A stretch of 64,000 nt of DNA from Octopus vulgaris. Its lineage: Eukaryota. The translations under genes were made by a program, and so were the position numbers. Shown one piece after another: positions 56,704-64,000 of this stretch; positions within the stretch are counted from its first letter, which is position 1, and each line of letters begins with the position of its first letter. The notes under the pieces are model-generated. The model did not search any database. It saw only the letters and a list, made by a program, of their open reading frames with translations, and was not told where the DNA came from. Where the stretch lies: NCBI GenBank assembly GCA_951406725.2, contig OX597830.1:18848001-18912000 (forward strand). The letters run 5' to 3'.

Positions 56704-56949
56704 GTTTATTCTACATTATATCGATACAACTGAGTGTGACCCCAAAAAACTGGTATTGCCAGTTGGCACAACTTTAGGCTGTAGCTAGCATAATAGAATA
56801 CATGCATATTCAAAATATTACCCACAAACGAACTTAAAGGATATATATATATATATATATATATATAGATAGATAGATAGATAGATAGAGCTATATAGAT
56901 ATACATATATACATATATATACAAACATATATATATATGTATAAACACG

Positions 56950-56983
<34 letters not shown>

Positions 56984-57041
56984 CATATGCACATACATAT
57001 ATATATATATATGTCTATACTTGTATGTGTGTGCATATATT

Positions 57042-57086
<45 letters not shown>

Positions 57087-59550
57087 GCATATATATGTAC
57101 CTGCATAAAGAGAAAGAATGCATATACATATGCACACACACACACACACATGTATGTATATAGGTTTTTGCCATTAAAAAGACAATCGATATGCATTTTT
57201 GATACAATTAAGGTAATAAATATTTAATGTTTTTTTTTCCAGTCTGTTATATCTTTCAATGAATAATTGTTAATGGACTTTATGATGTGGATTTATTTAT
57301 TTATTTATTTATTTATTTATGCCCCCTTTTCAAGCCTAGCTAGGCTCCTGGGCCCAGTTTCCCAGTTTCTGTGGCGTATGTGTTCCCCCAAGCTGGACGG
57401 GACGCCAGTCCATCGCAGCGTTACTCAAGAAACAGGTAGAGAGAGAGGTAGGGTGAAAGAGTACAACAGGGGTCACCACCACCCCCTGCCGGAGCCTCAT
57501 GGAGCTTTTAGGTGTTTTTTGCTCAATAAACACACACAACGCCCGGTCTGGGAATCGAAACTGCGATCCTCCGACCGTGAGTCTGCTGCCCTAACCACTC
57601 GGCCATTGCGCCTCCACTTATGATGTGGATAATATTGTCATTTTACAATTGAGAAGCTGTGATGTTCATGCCGTTTTCATGTGTGTGAAATGAAAATATT
57701 GCAACTAACAGTTGAAGACTTTCCAATTAAGAGTGCCCAAGTCACATTGATTTTTGCATAATTTAGCCCATGGTACAAGTTGGTCATTCAAGTACTGACG
57801 AAAATGAGGAGGTGTAGGATTGGCTGTGTGGTAAGTAGTTTGCTTATGAACCACATGGTTCTGGGTTCAGGCCCACTGTGTGGCACCTTGGGCAAGTGTC
57901 TTCTACTATAGCCTTGGGCCGTCCAAAGCCTTGTGAATAGATTTTATAGACTGAAACTGAAAGTAGCCTGTCATATATATGTATATATATATATATATAC
58001 ATGTATGTGTATTTGTTTGTGTGTCTCTGTTTGCCCCCCACCCTCCAACATCGCTTGACAACCGATGCTGGTGTGTTTGCATCTCCATAACTTAGTGGTT
58101 CACCAAAAGAGACTGATAGAATAAGTACTAGGCTTACAAAGATTAAGTTCTGGGGTCGATTTGCTCGACTAAAGGCGGTGCTCCAGCATGGCCACAGTCA
58201 AATGACTGAAACAAGTAAAAGAGTAGGAACAGTGAGTGTTTATGTATGTTATATTTCAGTCATGATGCAAACAAGAAATTAATGGGTGTCCTGTGATGAA
58301 CCCAGAGGATTTTGTATTCTATGGAAATGAAAGATTTGAGAAGGATACGATTAAAGAAGAATTTAACCCTGCAGCATTCAAATTTCTTGTCAAATGCATT
58401 GTTTATTTATTCACATTGTTTTGAATTAATCACACATTATCTTCTAGCTCCAAAATTTCAATGAAGTGTTTGTATATTTTTAGAATGACATTGTAGGATC
58501 TGGTCAGTTTAACATAAAGCTGGCAAAATATTTGGTCTGAATATGACTAAATTAAATGCTAAAAAGTTAAAGTAAGAACTCATAAAAATGGAACATTTAA
58601 ATAATAATAATAATAATGAAATTATTGTATACAGTACTCAGGTGCACCACAACTTGTCAAAAGTGTGTATAAAGCATATGCAGTAATGTACAAATGTCTG
58701 GAAAGCGAACAGTGTATGAATCAGATACATGCTTGCGTGTATATGGAGGGGAGAAAATCAGGTGGTAGTGTTGGCAAATCTCAGGAAGCATGGAAGCTTT
58801 GAAGGATGCAGTGCTTCGACAACTAACAATGATTAGGATTGATTGATTTAAATGATTAGGATTAATTGTTAATCAATCCAAGAGAGGAATCCTTTTTTCC
58901 CAACATGTCTAACCCCAACAGCTTCCCTTTACCACAAGCACTCCTACTTCAAACTTTTCTTTGCTCTTCTCTTTTTTCACTCCCAGCCTTAAATTCTTTT
59001 GATTTTCCCCATCACTTTTTCTCATTCTTTTATTTTTTTCTGGTGAAGGACTAGCATCAGAAACGTTAAGACACATTTTTTTCTAAAGTGTTAAAATAAT
59101 ACAAGTTGTCCCTCTCATATCGTTAAAACTTGTAGTCCAGTTTGTGCTCATTGCCTAATATGTTATCTAAATCTCCAACAGAAATAAGGAAATGAGGGCC
59201 TCTGAGGAAAGACATTAAGTTATGTGAAAACAAGAAACCTGAATTAAAAAAAACTTGTTGGTTGAATGATGTGCTTTTAACATTTGTTGAATGATGTGCC
59301 TTTAATGTCTGTTTTCTATGCTGGCATGGGTTGTGTATATATTAAAAGTGGGGAAGGCCGGTTTATGGGATTACCCTGGGTTTCTTGTCCATAAAGGGTT
59401 TAGCCTTATGGCATATCATCAGACCCCAAAAACCTTTTGGCCAGGCTGGGTAATCCCATCAACCAGCCTTTACCACTTTTAATATATACTGCTCTACATC
59501 TTAGAGTGTGCTTCTTCTCCAGATTTATGTTTTCTACACATGATATATAC
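56065..59550. repeat. 250-bp inverted repeat pair (56065-56314 / 59301-59550), each arm containing a 155-bp internal hairpin
   Basis: Arms are reverse complements with scattered substitutions; internal TIRs GTATATATTAAAAGTGG / CCGCTTTTAATATATAC. Confidence 0.9.
57811..58224 (+). mobile_element. SINE family A, full length
   Basis: Head-to-tail family match. Confidence 0.9.
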
Positions 59551-60333
59551 TCAGATGCAGCCAAATATATCTTCCGATGTCTGTAGAATGAACGATAAAG
59601 GAAACCATCCCAAAGTAAGGATGTTGCTTAAAGTTAATGAATCATCATCAAAGCTTAAATCTAAGAAAGGTTCTCTCAGAAAGATCTTCAATGTTTGGAA
59701 ATTCATTGGAGCAGAAAGTTATCTACTATTCTTATACCATACATTGCCAGCCTTGAGGGTGGATCTTCACATCTGGTATAGCCTCAGCCATGTTGGAGTA
59801 TCTCATGTGTGTGAGTGTACACAGGCACACACAGAAACTAAAGAATATATGCAACCAAATGCTTGTATTGGATTACAGATTTATATGAGTGAGTGAGTGG
59901 GGGGAAGGAGGAACAGAAAGAAAGAAAGAAAGAGGGAGGGAGCAAGAGAAAGAGAGAGAAAGAGAGGGTGGGAGAGAGAAAAATATGACAGAGCATGCTG
60001 TGAAGTAGATCTTCATATTTTACAACTCTAATGTCAATGCATTAATGTTTGCCAAGAATTACAGGCAATTAGCCTGAGAATCTCTGCTTCTCTCACTCAT
60101 GCTGTTGCACACACACACACACACGTATATACATACATATATATATGTCTATATGTATGTATATATATATATATGTGGCCTGCTCGCTTAGCCAGCGGGG
60201 TGGCGTCATTCGAAGGCTAAAACAATGCGAACGCATTGTGACCAGCGATGTGTAACAACATCTGATGGTCTGGTCGGTCATGTGATCACGTGATATATAT
60301 ATATATATACACATACATACATATATATATGTG

Positions 60334-60375
<42 letters not shown>

Positions 60376-60471
60376 CGTGTGTGTGTGCATGCATATGTGT
60401 GTGTATATATATATATATTTATATATATTTATATAAATATATATATATATTTATATAAATATATATATATT

Positions 60472-60510
<39 letters not shown>

Positions 60511-60838
60511 GTGCATGCACACATATTAAAAAATGTGTACTCTTCGCTAATGCATCTGACACCCCCCACTCCACTGTCAGTAGTTTCTTTAAAGTTTACA
60601 AAGATGCACTCCCTTGGTAACTAACCCCATTGTGCTACCCTCATTCTCAGACTTTCTTCACAGCATCCCCAACTTCCATCCAACCGTTCATAAGCACCCG
60701 TACATACTTACACGTGTATATTATACTGCTGATATCCCTCTACATTTCTCAGAGCTTAGCTCCATAATCCTATGTGCATGTATATATAAACCTGTATATA
60801 TAAACATGTATATATATATATAAACATGTATATATAAA

Positions 60839-61066
60839 GGCGGCGAGCTGGCAGAAGCGTTAGCGCGCCGGGCGAAATGCTTAGCCGTATTTCGTCTGTC
60901 GTTACGTTCTGAGTTCAAATTCCGCCGAGGTCGACTTTGCCTTTCATCCTCTCGGGGTCGATAAATAAAGTACCAGTTTCGCACTGGGTCGATGTAATCG
61001 ACTTAATCCGTTTGTCCGTCCTTGTTTGTCCCCTCTGTGTTTAGCCCCTTGTGGGTAGTAAAGAAA
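60839..61066 (+). mobile_element. SINE family B, full length
   Basis: Low-divergence family match flanked by TATATATAAAC repeats. Confidence 0.9.
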
Positions 61067-61714
61067 TATATATATAAACCTGTGTGTACATATTCATACA
61101 CATACACACATACATACATATATATATGTGCATGGGTGACTGTATGCACACACAAACACACACACACACATACACACATGTGGCTTAGTGCTTAAGGTAT
61201 TCAGCTCACGATCTTAAGTTCATGAGTTCGATTTCTGGCAGTGTGTTGTGTCCTTGAGCAAGACACTTTATTTCCCACTTTATTTTCCACTTGTCAGACT
61301 CTGTGTCACGCTAAATCCCCCTGAGAATTATGTTACGGGTACATGGGTCTGTAAAGTGCTCAGACACTTGCATGTTAATTTCATGAGCAGCAGCCTGTTC
61401 TTGAATAATTGTCGTCATAATTGACAGAGTGCCAGTACCTATATATATGTGTGTGTGTGTGTGTGTGTGGAGGCACGTGGCTTAGTGGTTAGGGTGTCAG
61501 CATTTATGATCGTAAGATTGTGGTTTCAATTCCTGGACCGGGCGACGCGTTGTGTTCTTGAGCAAAACACTTCATTTCACGTTGCTCCAGTTCACTCAGC
61601 TGGCAAAAATGAGCAACGTCCCATCCAGCTGGGGAACACATACGCCATGGAAACCGGGAAACCGGTCCCATGATCCTGGCTAGGCTTTAAAAGGACGCAT
61701 TTACTTATTTATTT

Positions 61715-61754
<40 letters not shown>

Positions 61755-62394
61755 TGCCTCTTTCTTCTGGCTATTTCATCATGTTGAACCCTTAATCCCT
61801 ACACATTATTTTCTCTCTCTGTTTTTTTTCCCTCTTAATCCTTCTTGTCAAAGAGCAGAGGCTCAAAATGTAAAATACTTTTCCATTTTTCCAGAGGGCT
61901 AAACTAATACACCTGCATGTCGTTCCTACACCTGTCTTCATCTTTTGTTATCTGTTGTCAATTTGAACTATATATATATATATATATATGCACATATCCC
62001 TATCTGTACACACACACACACACACAAACACACATGTCTCTCTCAGTCCATCTCTCTCCACATGTATGTTGGATGTCCTTATGTATACATGTACATATTT
62101 TCACTGCTCACTAACACTTACCTGCATCTAACAACCTAATGATTTAAACCTACTATAATTTTATATGTACCAACTGAGAAGTCTTCATACCCACTTTGTT
62201 GATAATTTTTTTGTAATAATCTGTTGCTGAGTGAAAGAATAAACAGCAAATCAATTTGTGAAAATATCGGCCATGTGTGAAAAACACACCTCACCAAATG
62301 TTGGCAAGTGATTATATAAATTTACTTCCCTTCGCAGAAAATAGATACCGATCTAGTAGCCTACTACTGGAAATTCAATTCTTCTTGCTGATTC

Positions 62395-63355
62395 AAAATG
62401 TTAGGATTTCCACTATTAATATCAGAATGCTGAAAGGTAGGTCAAGAGAAATTGTAAAGATGTTAGAGCAGAGAGAAATAGATGCATGCTGTATACAAGA
62501 GGCAAGATAGAGGGATACCTCAACAAAACTACTCGCAACCAAAAAACTAAAGTACAAATTCTTTTGGGAATGTGATAGTATTGGAGTGGTTGGGTATATG
62601 TATTTTTTGCAGAGAAATGGATAAAGTAAATAAATAAGATAGTCAGGGTGTGCAATAGAATAAAGTTTTGGTTTGTCATAGACAATACTAGAGTGACATT
62701 TAACTCTGCATGTGCACCGCAATCAGGACTAGACGAGGAACAGGAGGATTGCTTTTAAGCAATCAATAAATGATAGAGAAATCTCATTATTATGATAGGC
62801 AATCGGCAGCGAGCTGACAATCATTAGCATGTTGGACAAAATGTTGCTTAACATTTTGTCTGTCTTTGTTTTGAGTTCAAGTTCCTCTGAGATAGATTTT
62901 ACCTTTCATCTTTTCGAGTTCGATAAAATAAGTACCAGCTGAGCACTGGGGTTGATGTAACTGACTAGCCCTGTACCCCGAACTTGCTGGCCTTGTGCCA
63001 GGATTTGAAAACGGTTTTTATGATAGGCAATTTTAATGGACATGTTTGGCAACACCATGATGGCTTCTTCAGCATACATGGATACCATGGATGTGATAGA
63101 AAAAATAAGGCACAATTAGTGTCTGTGGATTCTATGATATGAGCGATCTACCTACCAGCAAAACTAACTTCTATGAAAATGGCCAACCACCCTGATGAAC
63201 ACACAAGCCAGATATACTTCATACTCACCAAGAAATGAGACCAACAGATGGCTGTGAATGTTAAGCCATTCCACAAATGAGTTCAGTGAGAAATTTAGAG
63301 TACATGCAGGTGCATATCAGGGCCCAGCACTTAGCCCTTATCTATGTTTATAATA
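62395..63355 (+). mobile_element. Degenerate RTE-clade LINE fragment (AP endonuclease N-terminus, short RT piece)
   Basis: VRISTINIRMLKGRSREIVKMLEQREIDACCIQEAR matches the APE N-terminal motifs; a later QGPALSPYL is RT-like; heavily mutated, with a SINE B insert. Confidence 0.7.
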
Positions 63356-64000
63356 GGGAAGATGACTCTTCAGTTTTGCTGAGAAATTTGGGTTATAAAG
63401 TATTTCATACTTCTTAACTGTAAGTAAGTAAGTATTTTTTACCATTCATTATGTAGCTAAATTTTAGATTGAATTAAATGAAATTAACCCTATAACAAAA
63501 GTTTTTTCTTTTATCAAGCAACCAGGTTGCATTGACAGTAACCATTTTGGCTGAGATCAGCAATGAATGCACAACAATGGTTTAGCATATATTGACTGCA
63601 ACCACTTTAACCAGTTTATGGTGGTGATTCATTCGGTTGCCTGCACACAGCCACAATAATCATGCTGATTGAGGTCAGCACTCTGTGCAAGATAATGTTT
63701 GGTGTATATTTATGTCAACCACTTTAGTGCAAGTGCTGTTTATTTACCTCAACTATACCCACCCTGTGCAGGACACTGATGCAATATTATTCCTGAATAA
63801 GATCACTCGACAGCACAGGTCAGATCAACGTCGTGTATTTACAATCATGTGAATTCAAAAATTGACTTTTGTGTGTTAGAGTTCAAAACAGGGTAACACC
63901 CACAGGGGCATATCATATTCTGAACAATGGTATTTAGTTTCTTTAAGTTTCCCTTTTGCTTTACATACTGTGCATCTCTTTGAAGCATTTGTCTTTGGTG

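Noticed and set aside
59035-59072. CTGGTGA...GAAACGTTAAGAC hammerhead-like remnant (similar hint at 61840-61880)
   Set aside because: Core mutation and no stem II.
59540-59896. 118-aa non-repetitive ORF on the plus strand
   Set aside because: No recognisable motif or splice support, and it starts inside an inverted-repeat arm.
63748-63792. 45-nt minus-strand exon-like segment with good splice signals
   Set aside because: Stop codons in all three frames; could only be non-coding and is unsupported.

Overview
Repeat-dense, AT-rich animal DNA. The SINE types, Penelope-type remnants and extreme (TA)n/(CA)n load suggest a coleoid cephalopod such as Octopus (inference). There is one confident gene: a 6-coding-exon cytosolic Hsc70/HSPA8 orthologue on + (CDS 8599-11292, 651 aa), with a clear HSE/CCAAT/CRE/Inr promoter near 5974-6064. 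A convergent, spliced gene of unknown function lies on - (at least 12090-12955). The rest is a transposon mosaic: three tRNA-derived SINE families, RTE and CR1-type LINE fragments, mariner, Tigger, hAT and piggyBac MITEs, a Helitron, foldbacks, two GT-rich minisatellites and a ~1 kb tandem duplication. The most notable hidden signal is at least five sequence-unrelated minimal type-I hammerhead ribozyme folds (30148, 32421, 44415, 45128, 54966). All have a GUA cleavage triplet and a (near-)palindromic stem III, and they sit in short non-coding elements mostly embedded in (TA)n tracts. One lies at the tip of a long hairpin in a ~280-nt highly structured, retrozyme-like unit. A 33-bp minisatellite whose variation is largely synonymous in a SYKYPK-repeat frame is a second lead. 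Most ORFs in the supplied track are microsatellite or SINE artefacts. All calls were made by eye, with no database searches.
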